Positions 14,001-26,600 of a DNA stretch of 64,000 bases are shown piece after piece. Position 1 is the stretch's first letter, and the number at the start of each line of letters is the position of its first letter. The translations under genes were made by a program, and so were the position numbers. Source of the stretch: Ancylonema sp. (lineage: Eukaryota); contig JBFLGF010000018.1 of the NCBI GenBank assembly GCA_050230475.1, forward strand, positions 1 through 64,000, in the 5' to 3' direction. Below the pieces are notes generated by a model. It was not told the origin of the DNA. It did not search any database and worked only from the letters and a program-made list of their open reading frames with translations.

Positions 14001-17000
14001 GGCTCCGGCATGGCCTCCGCCAATAGCTGGTGAAGGACAGTTCGCCCTAATGTGGCCAAATTTGTGGCAGCCGAAGCACTCGACGCCTTCAGCGTCTCTG
14101 CGACCAGCTCCACCCCCACCACCAGGTCTGCTCCTGCCTCCAGCTCCGCTACCCCCTCCAGGTCCACCATAATGAGCTTGGTGACCTCCTGGCAGCGCCC
14201 TTCTCTTTTATATTCATTCAGCTCCTTTCTGACGTCGTCGCGCAGCAGCGCACTCACGATGTGGGGAATCGGAAACAGATGTGGAGACGATTCCGACCAC
14301 GGCATCACCGTCGAGACCATTGGGTTGTAATGAGTGTTTAGGGAGTTGAGCAAGTTGATCGCCTGCTTCGTAGGAGTTACTGGCGCGCCTAGATTCTTCA
14401 AATCTTGGTGTAGCTGCTGCAGACGCTTAACATATACGTTGAGGTCCTCCGCCTCAGTCTGTATGATCGCGCTCAGCAACGCCTCGGTGTTCACGATCTC
14501 AATCGCACCCTGCACCTGGTAGAATGTCCTCAGGGCGTCCCACATCGCGGCAGCTGTCGTGCAGTCCGTGACGTGCGTCACCTCCGAAGGACCCAAATGT
14601 TTGACTGACTATGTAGGACATAGCAGCCAGATTGTCCTCGTCCCATTTCTCGAGCTGCAGCAGCTGCTGGGAAATCTGCTGCTCCCTAACCATACTCTCG
14701 ACATCCACGTCGATCCCTCTAGCGGCAAGTTGCAGCTCATTGTCTAGTGACAATGGCAATATGACATCTGGACGACACCACCGCAGCAGGTTGTCCCAAT
14801 CCATCACTACACGATGCAGCTTCTTGTCCGCTAACCCATACTTGACCTTAAAGGCCCATCCTGTGTAATCTGCTCCACCAGTAAACTGTGGGATTTGCGA
14901 TCTATCCGACATTGTGGCAACAATTGTTTAGGATTTGATTTTTTCGAGTTTCTCACTCAGCTCGAGCTCGCAGTGCAATTCCTGCAATGCAGCACTCAGC
15001 TCGAATTCTTGCAGCGCAATGTCGAAATTACGTGCAGCACTTAACCTACGGATAAATTTGCGCTCACACTGGCAGAATTTATTACCGTTTTCAGAAATTA
15101 TTGCAGCGAATCGCGTGGAGCTTGTAGTTTTTAACCAACACGGCGTCTGAACTAGACCGCACGTGGGCCCATAACCTTTAAGCTTAAGCATTTGAGTGAC
15201 TAGACGTGCAGGATAATTTGATGGGCGACAAAACGAACCGACGCAAAAGGATCTCTATCACTGATGATCAACGAGACAGGATTGTGTGTGGTGGAACGAA
15301 CGAATTATTATTGTGGATCGCATCGGGGATGTTTTACATATCGTTGTCTGCCGACGGTCGGTACAATTGACCGTCGGCTTGTCCCTCAGTGGCCTATAGC
15401 TGAGTGACAGCTCATCTACGTGTCAACGGGCACCATGCCGGACACTCCTGACACGACTAAACAAAGCCAATCACCGACACGTCAAGCAATAACGTCTCTA
15501 TGTGTCGGCAAACATGTCAGGTGCCCGGACACAAACGTGCCCGGCTCCGCATATAAGCACATCTAGGAATATTGCTCCCGGTTAGAGGTAACCGGTTACA
15601 ACAGGACTAGCAAGCATAAGATATGGCTATCCAAAATATTCCAACAGACCATACGGTCCTCTACTTTTCCTCCTTCCTAACTGGTGCTGCTGGCGAGTGG
15701 TTCACTCAGCAGCATGATCTAGAAGGCAACCTTCCCGCTGGCTATGAGGTGGACAACCTCTTGGCAGGTCTGAGTGAGGCCTTTGGCGACATCCCCTCCA
15801 ACGTGACCAAGGAACGCCAGCTGCGTAAACTCAAGCAGACAGGGGCTGTTCAGGACTTTACCGCCAAGTTCAGAACCTTAGTCAGGGGGTTTCAGGGGTG
15901 GGGAGATCATCCTATGATCTTCACTTACTTTGAAAGGCCGAAGCCCGAGCTGCGGCAAGAGATCGTGAAGGTTCAGACACCCCCTGAAACCTTCTCCGAG
16001 TATGTTACCTTTCTGAAGAACATAGAAAACGCCTTGGCTGCTGCTCGCCTGGACAAACCCTTCCGCTCAACCTACGTCCCCCCCGAGGCCAGAGCTGCTG
16101 ATCAGATCCCCCCTTAGCAGACCCCCCCTCACCTTCAGGTGGTCGCCATGGACATCGATGGGACCCGCAGTCAGGTCCTCAAGTTGCAGCCCACAAAGTC
16201 GGCCAGACGCAAGGAGGGCAATCTGTGCCACTATTGTGGTCTGCCCGGCCACGTGCTTGCAAACTGTCCCAACAAAAGCAAGTCCAAATCCGTGCGCTTC
16301 CTGGATCTGCAACCTGAGGAGCCAAAAAACGACCCCCCCACTCAGTCGTAGGAGAGGTCTGTTTGGGTTCCCTTTCCCCACCCTCCCCCCATTCCACTCC
16401 CCGCCAACTCACCATTTCCATCCAACTCCTCCAATACCCCCTCCCCCTTATTACCGTCGTCGCTCTCGTCGACTGTGGGGCATCGGGAAACTTTGTGGAC
16501 CCCTCCCTCCTCGCAAACCATAACGTGATCACCCAACCCCACCCCCAACCTATCCCACTCGAATTGATAGATGGCAGTCCACCCGCAGCACGCCCTATCA
16601 CTTGCTACTACAATGCCAAGGTCAGATGCCCGGGTGACCACACCGAGACCCTCCACCTGGATGTGACCCGTCTGGCCCACTACTCTGTGGTGCTGGGCTT
16701 TCCCTCGCTCCACAAACATAACCCTACAATCGACTGGCAGGCGGGACAGGTGTCCTTCACCAGCCTCCTTTTTGCAACAGACTGCCTGATCTCTAGCCTT
16801 CCCCCCCCCTCCCCCTCCCCTGCCCTTCCCTTACCCAAACCAGCAGTTTTAGCCGCTGTCCTCCCCCCTCCCCCTGATCCAGCCATCTTCGCCAAGCTCC
16901 CCCCGGCGTACCACAACTTCGCAGATGTGTTCTCGGAGCAGGCTGCAAACACCCTTCCCCCCCACCGCCCGTCTGGCTTCGAGATTCCCCACCTGCCCGG

Positions 17001-17450
17001 GAAAGAGCCGCCTTAGGGGCCGATCTACTCCCTCTCGGAGCCGGAGTTAGTTACCCTGAAAGCCTACATAACAGAATGTCCAAGATTACTGGTGGGCGGT
17101 GGTTCGAGCCCCGTCTCCTCCGCAACCGACGACTACGTCCAAACGATCCACGACACCCAAGATTTCCTCCGGTCAGCGCTTCGCAAATCCTAGCGGGCGA
17201 TGGAACTTCGGCCAATCGGAAGCGCAGATCGGCTCCGATATTTTCCCTTGTTCAAAAAGTATGGTTGTCCCGTCGCCACGTCGGATCCACTCGTCCTTCC
17301 TCGAAACTAGATGTCCGTCGCTTGGGTCTATTTCTTGTGACTGGCCAGATCGGCACCTCGTCTTATCGCTTGGAGCTGCCGTCCTCCCTGAAAATCCATC
17401 CCGTCTTCCACGTGAGCCTCCTAGAGCCGCACAATCCCAACACGATCCCG
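8090..17450 (+). mobile_element. Ty3/gypsy (Tcn1/chromovirus-like) element, internally deleted, 3'-truncated, and interrupted by a copia at 9001-15646
   Basis: 5' LTR 8090-8539 (TGTTAGGA…TCCTAACA). Gag from 8639 resumes after the copia (DHTVLYFSSFLTGAAGEWF), followed by MDID, CHYCGLPGHVLANC, protease ALVDCGASGNFV, RT start GPIYSLSEPEL, and integrase tail YRLELPSSLKIHPVFHVSLLEP. Confidence 0.9.
9001..15646 (-). mobile_element. Full-length degenerate Ty1/copia element with half-tRNA(iMet) PBS
   Basis: LTRs 15177-15646 and 9001-9455. TSD GACCA at 8996-9000 and 15647-15651. PBS GGTTATGGGCCCAC at 15163-15176; PPT next to 9456. Domain order on - strand: gag, protease (LILDSGATDHI), WHHKLGH, integrase (IHLDLIGP, RTDKGGEY), RT (RYKVRLVAQ, QMDVITAFLHG), RNase H. 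Many frameshifts. Confidence 0.95.
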
Positions 17451-18195
17451 ATCTCGTTCATGTTACGATGTGCTCGGACAGTAATTAAATTATTTCGGTC
17501 CGATCGGGTTTAACTTGGAGGGGAAGAGGAGCTAAAGACATTCAATAATGAACATGTTTACTTTTTCACTTCATCAAATGAGCGTTAAGTGCGAAACAAA
17601 CTACTTGCAATATGCAAGTACTGTTTGAGGCGTCCCGGATGTACTTTAAAGCTTGATGCTTGTTTATGCTCGTACTCGCTTTTTTTCGTGAACTATTTGA
17701 CATGTGAACGAGTACCAGATGTGCCTCAATCGAAGGTTCTTAGAAGATTTCGTGATTGCACTCACGTTCTACGCGGAAATTATTAATTACTGGCGGTTGC
17801 AAGAAATTATGTGAGGAAATTAACATACGTAGTATTAAGTGATGAAGGATATTTATTATAGGAATACTAATTTAGAGGGGTTTTACTGCGTATAAAAAAC
17901 CCGGAATACTAAAAATCGGAAGTTTTTGTTTCTTCTATCGGAGTTTCTTATGCTTATATCGGGAGAGTTTTAAATGGGAAAAAATAATGTTGAAAAAACA
18001 TTTCTTTTAGCAAAGAGTTTCTAATATCAAAGTTTCTCATATCGGAGTTTCAGCGTACCAACCTCCTCGATTTTGAGCATTTCTTCTCGAAACTCCCTTG
18101 CCATGTTTCAAAATCGAGAACCCGCGGAGAGCCTACTACCCTTACTCGGTTATCACTCTTGAATTCCTAACGAGGGCAATATGATTGGTTGAGAT

Positions 18196-18824
18196 CATAG
18201 TTGGTCCCGCTCCGCTCGCGGATTTTGCGAGCCCGGCTCCGAACCGGCTCGCACGCGAGCCGGATCCGAGGTGGCTCGCAGCCGCGACCCGCGTGGCAAA
18301 AACGAAACATCGAATTGCGACTAAATACAAATCCTCGCGTGCCAAGCGGGCACTTACTTCGGTCCGTACGTCCCGAATAAAAACAATGTGCGGCGACCAT
18401 GGAACGGATTGCGACTATTTTTTGATTCTATTGTCTCACGACCGTTCTAGAGTTTATTTCATTCGACCATTACAATGGTTTGTAAGGGTATGCCATAATA
18501 TTTTGTTCTTTTCTCTTTTGTCCGTTAACGAAGTCCTCATAAGCACCTTGCGAATAAAATAACATCGAAGAATGCAACAAATAACATCGTACAATTCATT
18601 CCAACGAATACAATTTATACGGCGACTATATACGAGTTATAACTTCTGATCTAAGGCTACTTCTTAATGCTTTTTGACAACTTTGTGTGTCACATTCACA
18701 TGCACCCATGTTGAGGTCCAAGTTTTATTTTTATTTTTTCCCCGTGGGTCCCGCTCCGATCGCGGATTTTGCGAGCCAGGCTCCGAGCCGGCTCACAAAA
18801 TTCCCGACTTGGGGACCAACTATG
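18196..18824. mobile_element. hAT MITE
   Basis: TIR CATAGTTGGTCCC/GGGACCAACTATG; perfect 8-bp TSD GTTGAGAT at 18188-18195 and 18825-18832. Confidence 0.9.
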
Positions 18825-18832
18825 GTTGAGAT

Positions 18833-18939
18833 CACAGTTGGGCCCAATCCATCCCGATCTCTCTTTGGATCGTCGCCGGATTGGGACCAATTTGGATCGG
18901 CGCCAGATGAAATAATCCGATCGGATCGGGCCCAACAAG
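18833..18939. mobile_element. Short degenerate hAT MITE (CATAGTTGGGCCC family)
   Basis: CACAGTTGGGCCC … GGGCCCAACAAG with GATCGG/CCGATC subterminal motifs like the element ending at 27960. Confidence 0.5.
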
Positions 18940-19175
18940 GTATATATTCAAAAATACACGATTTTTTGGTTTTTCCGACACAACGGATGCATATGTTTTA
19001 TTTTTGGCCCACCGATTTTTACATTATATTACGCGCCTCCGATGCGGATCGCCGCCGGAAGTTCCGCGATCGGATCGAACTCAACATATTCTCGCTTGAG
19101 GACCCATATTCGAGGTAGCCAACGATGGTGGTAACCTTTTCCACTACTATTGTGTACATATGACATGTATGGAAG

Positions 19176-20109
19176 CGCAGTTACCCGAACCGGAAAAACC
19201 AAATTTTGGAACCGAGGTCCGCCCCGGTCCGAGATGCGGATCGGGACGGACCGCGCGGTTCTCAGGGTTATTTTTTTGGCGGGTATTTTCAAGTGACGTT
19301 TTGCGGGTTTTTTTTTTTTTTTTTTTTAAGCCTTACGTGTTACATCTGGGCACCACTTGTGATACGTTTGGTGTTTAAAACATTTCAAAAGTATATAGAA
19401 AGAAGGCGTAAGGATGGTAGGATGCTACAAGAACATGTAGTCATTATGTGGTGGGAAAATGGATAAAAAACTCGAGGTATGCGTGGATGAGACAAATGCT
19501 TGAGTAGTCACAAATAGTAGTTTGCCAAAAAAAAAATGCACGTGATATGTAATATGTGTATGTGTACATTAGAGTTGTATTACAGAGTTGTTTGGTAATT
19601 ATGGTGAATGACAGGGTATATTGATTCGGTGAAATTTGCAACATGGAAAATATACGATGTTCACTTTTGGTTCACTTTTGGATTAATAATCGTTTTGTAA
19701 CATTGCAACTACTCTTAATCACATGAGAGCAATGCTGAAAATCTGTACATGAGAAAATGGTAAAAGACATAATCCATTTTTTTTTCCTAGTTGCTAATAA
19801 TGATGTTGGGGGAGCGGGAGCACTTGGTCAAAATTTCAGGAAAAAAACGAGTGAGCACATTGATTTTTGGGTTTGCATTCATTGATGGCTTGGCAAATCT
19901 TTTTTTTTAGATTTTTGATAGATGCACATTGAAAAACTACACAATAAAAAAATATTTCCGGACTTTTTTTTAAATTAGGAAATAAAATAAAAACCCATAA
20001 AAACTGAATTTACCCTAAATCGCCAGTCCGAGGTTTTGGGCCTCGAAGGACGGACCCCGGTCCGAGATGCGGACCTTCGAACCCGGTTCCAAAGGTTCGG
20101 GTAACTATG
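19176..20109. mobile_element. hAT non-autonomous element
   Basis: TIR CGCAGTTACCCGAACC / GGTTCGGGTAACTATG; TSD TATGGAAG vs TATCGAAG (7/8). Confidence 0.85.
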
Positions 20110-21649
20110 TATCGAAGTGTACGACTTTCGAAGTCAACATAGTCATACGTAGTCGCATCGTAGAATTGTGCCATGTTGTAGGCAATTTCTTTTCCCCTAA
20201 AACTCGACTGTCCTAGGAGGTTACAATTACTCAAAATCGAGTTTCGCAAAACGCGGAACTCGATTTTTGAAAATTGATGGAAACTTAACCATCCGACATA
20301 TCATAGTTGGTAGAGTGGCTATCCACTCTACCAACTTCAACCAACCTCGCCAAACAAACGGATATGCATATCCTTAAGTTCTAGGGCCCCACTTGTTTCA
20401 TCCCTACATTTGTTTAACTTCTCACAAAAAGAGGTCGATACACGTTCAGACGATATGAAAGCAAACTGAGCCTAAACGAACTGGGTCATATTTTTCTAGA
20501 TACGGAAAACGCGCGTTCAAGGTGACTCAAAAGTTATGACTCGACTTCAAAAATCCCGCTATTCTAAAATGATACCATGCTGTACAACTCACTCAACTTT
20601 TCCCCACATGTTTATCAACAGGGTGAAAGGTTGAAAGGCTGCAGCACATTGACACACATTAGGACAAGTTGGAAAAGGTTGGAAAATGAACAATGGCGTG
20701 TCTTGGCATGTCTCGCCATATCATGTTACGTAGCGCTTTATATAGAGTGAATGTTGGCGTTTGCGTCCCGTGTTTGTGTTGTCGAATGTGTTCGGGATGC
20801 ACTCCAATAACCAATATGACACTAAGAAACTAATCCTTCATTGCCTCGATTTAGAGGGCAAGTACTCTGAGGTGTCTACATGGTTTATTTCGAGTGTCTC
20901 AATACACACTCGCTCTCTCTTTTTCCTCTCTCTTCCAATTTCCTTTTTGTTTCACAACTTTTCAATTAGCTCGCATTTAACCCCACAAAAGGAAGCCTCA
21001 ATGAGGGCCCCGAACCAATATTGTTGCACTTGAACTTCGAAATAACGTTCTTTATGATATCGGGATTTTTTGGTACAGGGGACCAAGCCCAAGGAAGGAT
21101 ACCTATATCAATGGTTTTGATGGTTGCTTTTCCATTAACGCTCCTCATTTAAGCCAAACGAAAGTTGACACTCTACGATAACAATAAAGCTTGTACACTT
21201 CAAGAATGTGACTTTTACCAAATGTTTAAGTCAAGCAACAATGGAATCCAAGTAAATTTATTACCAATGTTGACACGATATATGGACATGGATCCCGTGT
21301 CTCAAATAGATAGTAAAAAAATATAAAAACAATTAATAAAACGATAATAATAACAAAAAACATTGCAAGTCACCTCGGTTTGTGTAATGTGTTCGGCTAT
21401 TGTAAAGAAAGGGAGGGTAGTTTTATACTAATTAGGGGCCCAAAGGAGTACCCCCTTTGACACCAGGCTCCTCGGTTCCCTCTCCCAATATTATTGTTTA
21501 GTTTCACGAAGAGTTGGGACAGTACGGCTATCAGTACCTGCTAATGGTTGCGAGTTATTTTTTTTTGTGCCTCACAGCCTGCCTTTTCCTTTTCCTGATA
21601 TCAGGATATGTGAAAAAAAGGAGGAAATAAATGCATCTTATTCCACGTC

Positions 21650-22294
21650 TCAAAATCTTGCCCAGCAGTGATCGCATTCCGCCACGCAATCCCCTTTGCA
21701 GTCAAGCGTATACCCTAAAAGAAGTGGTTTTCTGATGACCGAATTTTTTAGCGAGTCGCCCCTGATCCCCCACTCCCGGTCGATCTGGTCCACATTTACT
21801 TGTAGCCGGTTCTCAATGCTGCAAGCGAGGACGTGGGGAAACCCCTTGACCACTTTCTGGACCTCCTCCACACTAAAACCTATGGATGACGTCAGAAAAT
21901 ATATCACGGCTTTCACGTGGTCCGGATCTGGAACCCCGTCTACGATTTTGTCGTCCCAGTAACCACTGGCGGACCACCCGTAAGCGCGACTCAGAAGTTT
22001 TTCGGCTTCCTCGGGACTGAAGCCCACGTCCTCCACATGTTTTACGCTGTTCGTCCACTGGTCTAGAGCGGTTCCAGAGAGATGCTCCGCTGGCACGCTG
22101 GCGGCTTTCCGATGAACCCCCGCTGCACAACGCACACTGCCAGACGCCCTCCGCAACCCAACCGCATGCTCCCTACCTATCCTGCCGTGGACGGGAGCGA
22201 TCGCCCCGTCACATCTCTCCCTGAACGTGACAGACGAACTCTGTGGAGACCACAGGAAACCGAGATCAACCCTCGGGGGGATCGCCAAGCTCAT
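21650..22294 (-). CDS. mTERF12: mTERF-family protein (Arabidopsis mTERF12/AT4G09620-like), single exon, probable plastid transit peptide
   Basis: Intact 214-aa ORF with RAYGWSASGYW, mTERF-like VVKGFPHVLACSIE, and the characteristic C-terminus LGYTLDCKGDCVAECDHCWARF. N-terminus is Ser/Arg/Ala-rich. Confidence 0.85.
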   Translation of the reverse strand: MSLAIPPRVDLGFLWSPQSSSVTFRERCDGAIAPVHGRIGREHAVGLRRASGSVRCAAGVHRKAASVPAEHLSGTALDQWTNSVKHVEDVGFSPEEAEKLLSRAYGWSASGYWDDKIVDGVPDPDHVKAVIYFLTSSIGFSVEEVQKVVKGFPHVLACSIENRLQVNVDQIDREWGIRGDSLKNSVIRKPLLLGYTLDCKGDCVAECDHCWARF

Positions 22295-22560
22295 CTGCGA
22301 TTTAAATAGGTCACGCGACGCTTCTAATCAAAACACCTGATCGATAGCCTGCCCGATTAGTAGAAAACGGTCCGTGGAGAGTTGTCTGAGGGAGAAGTTT
22401 TGGGGATTGTGTGTTTGCAAGTGGTGACGTGTCGAGCGTGGGTAGAAAGTGAGACGTGGCATGTGTTATAATTGATGTGGCTCGTGGGAACCCGCAGTCC
22501 GAACTGAGGCCGGCAGGCTCATCGGGTCCCGCATCGCAGCCCGCTACTCTTATTACTTAT

Positions 22561-23421
22561 GGGAGCTCCTACTGCCAAAACATTGTTCTTAATGCCAAAG
22601 CAGATTCCCCCGACAGGACTTACGGGGGACCGTAGATGCAGCTCGAAAGGACTTGGTGGCTTGTGGGCCGTCGAACTGTAGTACGGCCTACTTTGTCGAG
22701 ATTCAGTTGTAGATATTCTAGATCTACGGGCCGCATACAAATGTTTTCCGTCCGCCTGTGCGACGTGGCCCCTTCAGAAGCCTGTACTGTTGTTCCCAGC
22801 CCACGTCCTCGAGATGTAGCAATCGGTGAGCCCACGCCCACCCAACTTCTATGGACTGCGGGCTTTCAGAGCTCGCAGCCCAGATTGCAGGCAACGGCCC
22901 AGCTCGGAGCCCGCAGCCCAGCCTTGCAGCATGCAGTCCGCAGCCCAGCTTTCAGGCCGTTATTTTGCGCCGCAAGCTGGGCTCCACCGAATCTTCAATT
23001 CAGGCATAATTCTTTGAGCTCTGGGCTGCATCCGATTATTTGGGCTGTGGTCTGGGCTGCCAGCTGCATTCTGCGAGGCTGAGTTGCGGCTGCTATCTCG
23101 ACTGCGGGCTCCCGCTACCCGCAGCCCATAGAATTTGGGTGGGCTCACCAATCGCTAGATCTCGAGGACTTGGGCCGGGAATTTGAACAACGGTACAGGC
23201 TTTTGAAGGGGCCACGTCGCGCACAGGCGGACAGAAAACATTTGTTTGCGGCCCGTAGATCTAGAATATCTACAACTGAATCTCGACAAAGTAGGCCGTA
23301 CTACAGGTCGACGGCCCACAAGCCACCAAGTCCTTTCGAGCTGCATCTACGGTCCCCCGTGATTCCTGTCGGGGGAATCTGCTTTGGCATTAAGAACAAT
23401 GTTTTGGCAGTAGGAGCTCCC
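22561..23421. mobile_element. Mutator-like (MULE) foldback element with ~300-bp TIRs
   Basis: GGGAGCTCCTACTGCC… and …GGCAGTAGGAGCTCCC, near-perfect long inverted repeats; perfect 9-bp TSD ATTACTTAT at 22552-22560 and 23422-23430. Confidence 0.92.
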
Positions 23422-23630
23422 ATTACTTATTAGAGCCGAGCCTGGTGCTGAGATCATGGCAGAGTGGGCTCGTGGGCTTCTGGGCTTGTAACTCCAATTT
23501 TCCGCACCCTTTTTTAGTACTCGTCATGATAACGAGTGGCAATCTCGAAGGTACTTCACACATAAGAAATTTTTGGACCACAACGTTGCTATGGCATTGA
23601 CAATCATCAACGTCAATGCCCTTTCCATGA

Positions 23631-26600
23631 TATAGTTGAGCCCGATTTGATCGGGAACATTTGATACGGCGCCCAACCGGATTGGACCCGATACAAAGCC
23701 GATCCGGATCGGAGGAGCCGAACAACATGTTAGTTTTTAGGGGCTGTGAACTTTTGTCGTTATATCGATTTTAGCAACACCGGGAATTTAGCTTTAGTTT
23801 TGTCGTTATTCAGCAAATGCAGGCTGCAGGCAGCCTGCAGGCCTGCTGCAGGCCGATGACCTTGTATCAATGATTACTTGGCCATCAGGCACAAGTGTCG
23901 ATAAGAACAAGTTGATGTGGCAGAATGCTTAGATATGATTGGCAGTTGACGAAGTAGTTTCGATAGCAGTAGATTCTTTGACCAGGCAACAATCGACTGT
24001 ACTATGTCTGAGCTTGTTTGCTGAATTCTGTAATCAGACTTTTCTACTTCAAACTTGCACTTTTGTTGTGTCAACGTTTGTAATGACGTGATTTGTCGAT
24101 TCAAGAGTTGTCTGAGAGAATTGTGCTTTATTCTTGCATTGATGGCAGAAGAAAGCACTCAGTGGTATCAAAGCACGGTACTGCATTCTGGATGGAGATA
24201 AAGTTATTTCCTGTCAAGCATGGAGATCTAAGGCCTCAGCTACTCTTGTTGATGATGCTGAGTGCCTTGAGATCTGCAAAGGAACAGAGACTATTCCAAC
24301 TGAGGTTACAGCCAGATATGATGATGAACACTGACCAGGCCAACAAATGAAAGAAATGGAGGAGTATACACTTGATGTTAGAAGCTTCCGCAAAAGATCA
24401 AAGAAGGCAGTCATGCTACTCATGCAATTTTTCAGTGACGACATCGCTACATCACTTGAACAGCTTGAACGAGATCCAAAGGCGATATGGGACTATCTGA
24501 CAGAGGAGTATGACAAGGTGTCTCCAGAACTTCGACAGATTGCAAAAGAGCTGAACTCTTTCAAGATCGATGAAAAGATGCCAGACAGAGAAATCAAGAA
24601 TATTTTTATGTCAATCATCAGAGAGTGTGTACATCAAAAATTTCCAGTCAGCGCAGAAGATCAGGTGATGGCATTGTTTGCTGGCATGTCAAGAACAAAA
24701 TACGGCATGTTGAAGAAGCTTTACTATGGGCAGAAAGAGGCACCTGAGATCAGCTGGATCTAGGGGCAGATGGGAATGGATGAGTTGGACGACAAGAAAG
24801 AAAAGGATGTCAAAGATGCTGAGGCACTAGTTGTAGAGGCAAACTATGCTAAGTGGAGCCAAGGCAGAGGTGGTGGTATCGACAATCGTGGAGGCAGGGG
24901 TACATTCAGGGGGTATTTAGCAGATAATCGTGGAATCAGAGGTGGTCGTGGAGGCAGAGGTGGAGGCAGTGGATCAAGTGGAGGACATTCCTGCTATACT
25001 TGTGGAGAGACAGGTCACTACAGCAAAGACTGCTCCAAGAAAAACGAAGAATGCATATATTGTGGAGCTATTGGTCATGTGGAATTCACATGTTTCGACA
25101 AGAAAAACGAAGCTCCACGAATGCAGAGAAAGGGGGTACGCAGTGGGAGAAAAACAACTTTCGTTGGCGAAATCGATGAGGAGAAGAGCTGTGGTCATGG
25201 AGAAGCTGTCATCGATGAGATCTGTGAAGGAAATGTTGCACATGATGATGATGCAGAGAAATATTTCCTTTTCGACGATGGTTCCAGTCACCATTCCTGT
25301 GGGCAGAAAAATCTTTTCAAAATCCTCGAAGACATTCCACACGATCATCATGCATCATCTGGTCGGAAGTGTGTCGGAAGTGTGCGAGTGAAGCAGTGGG
25401 GAACAATTGAGCTGAATACCGAGGGAGAGTGTGGAGGAGTAACACTCAAGAAATGCTTGTACATTCCTGGGATGCGCATTAATTTGTTCAGCGGTCAGAA
25501 AGCCAGAGAAACAGGGTGGTCTTACACTTGCAGTGGAAAAGCTGGTGGCATCATTCCAGTTTACAACAAATCTGGACAACAAGTCTGCACTCTGCAAGAA
25601 ACATCGACAGGTCGAAAAACTCTAATCTGCACACCGGTTCGACATCAACAACTTACTGAAGGGGAAGCTGTTGTAGTTGCTGTCGAAATCAACCTCCTGC
25701 ACACAAGACTTGGGCATGCAAATGAGAAAGTGCTAAAAAATCTGGCACGACAACATCTTGTACGAGGACTGGAAGGAGGCATCTCAGGAGTTCTGCGAAA
25801 CTGTGAAGGGTGCAAGCTGGGGAAGGCACACGACAAACCTCATCCTCGATCTGCCTGGGAAGAGTGTCGGTGGACTTGGCGCCGTTCAATCCAGCATCAA
25901 TACGGGAAGGAGTGTACAACATGGTGCTCGTCGATGAATACAGCCGAAAATCCTGGGTGGAAATACTTCGCAGCACTGAAGCAATGGATCGCAATCTGGG
26001 AAAGACTCGTCTGAAATAAGATCGGGCTGGGAAAATGAGTGCGCTGGCTTGGCTTGGTGTGTTAGTTGGATGGAATCCCGACACTCCTTGCTACCGAGTC
26101 TGGGAGCCTGCAACGAACAAAATACACAACGTTGGCACTGATCATGCAAACTTCGATGAATCTGTCAAGCAAAGCTGGTGGAGGGGTCAGAAAATTGGCA
26201 AGACGGCAAGAGTGCATGAGCCAGTTGCAGAAACAAAAATGTCATGGCCAGATCTGGATGCAGCTGATGGGGGTAGTGTTGGCCTCGGAGGGGGCATTTC
26301 TGGAGGTGGGCAACCTGCCTATGGCGATCCAAATTCTGTCGATGAAGAGAACCCTGATGTTGTGGGAAATCCATTGCCACAGCTTCCGAGATCCCCTCTT
26401 CCTCAGAGTGCAGATCTTCCAAAACTTGTCAGCAATTATAGTGGAGGCGATGAAGACGAGAAGATCATCTGGAAGCTGGCAGAATGGTATCCTGCTGATG
26501 CTACTCCTCTTGAGCTGGGTGTAAAATTTTATGCAAACTGTGAATCTGCTTCTGAATCTGCTGGAATAGAGGGTGTGGGCTACAAGTCTGCAATGGGCAA

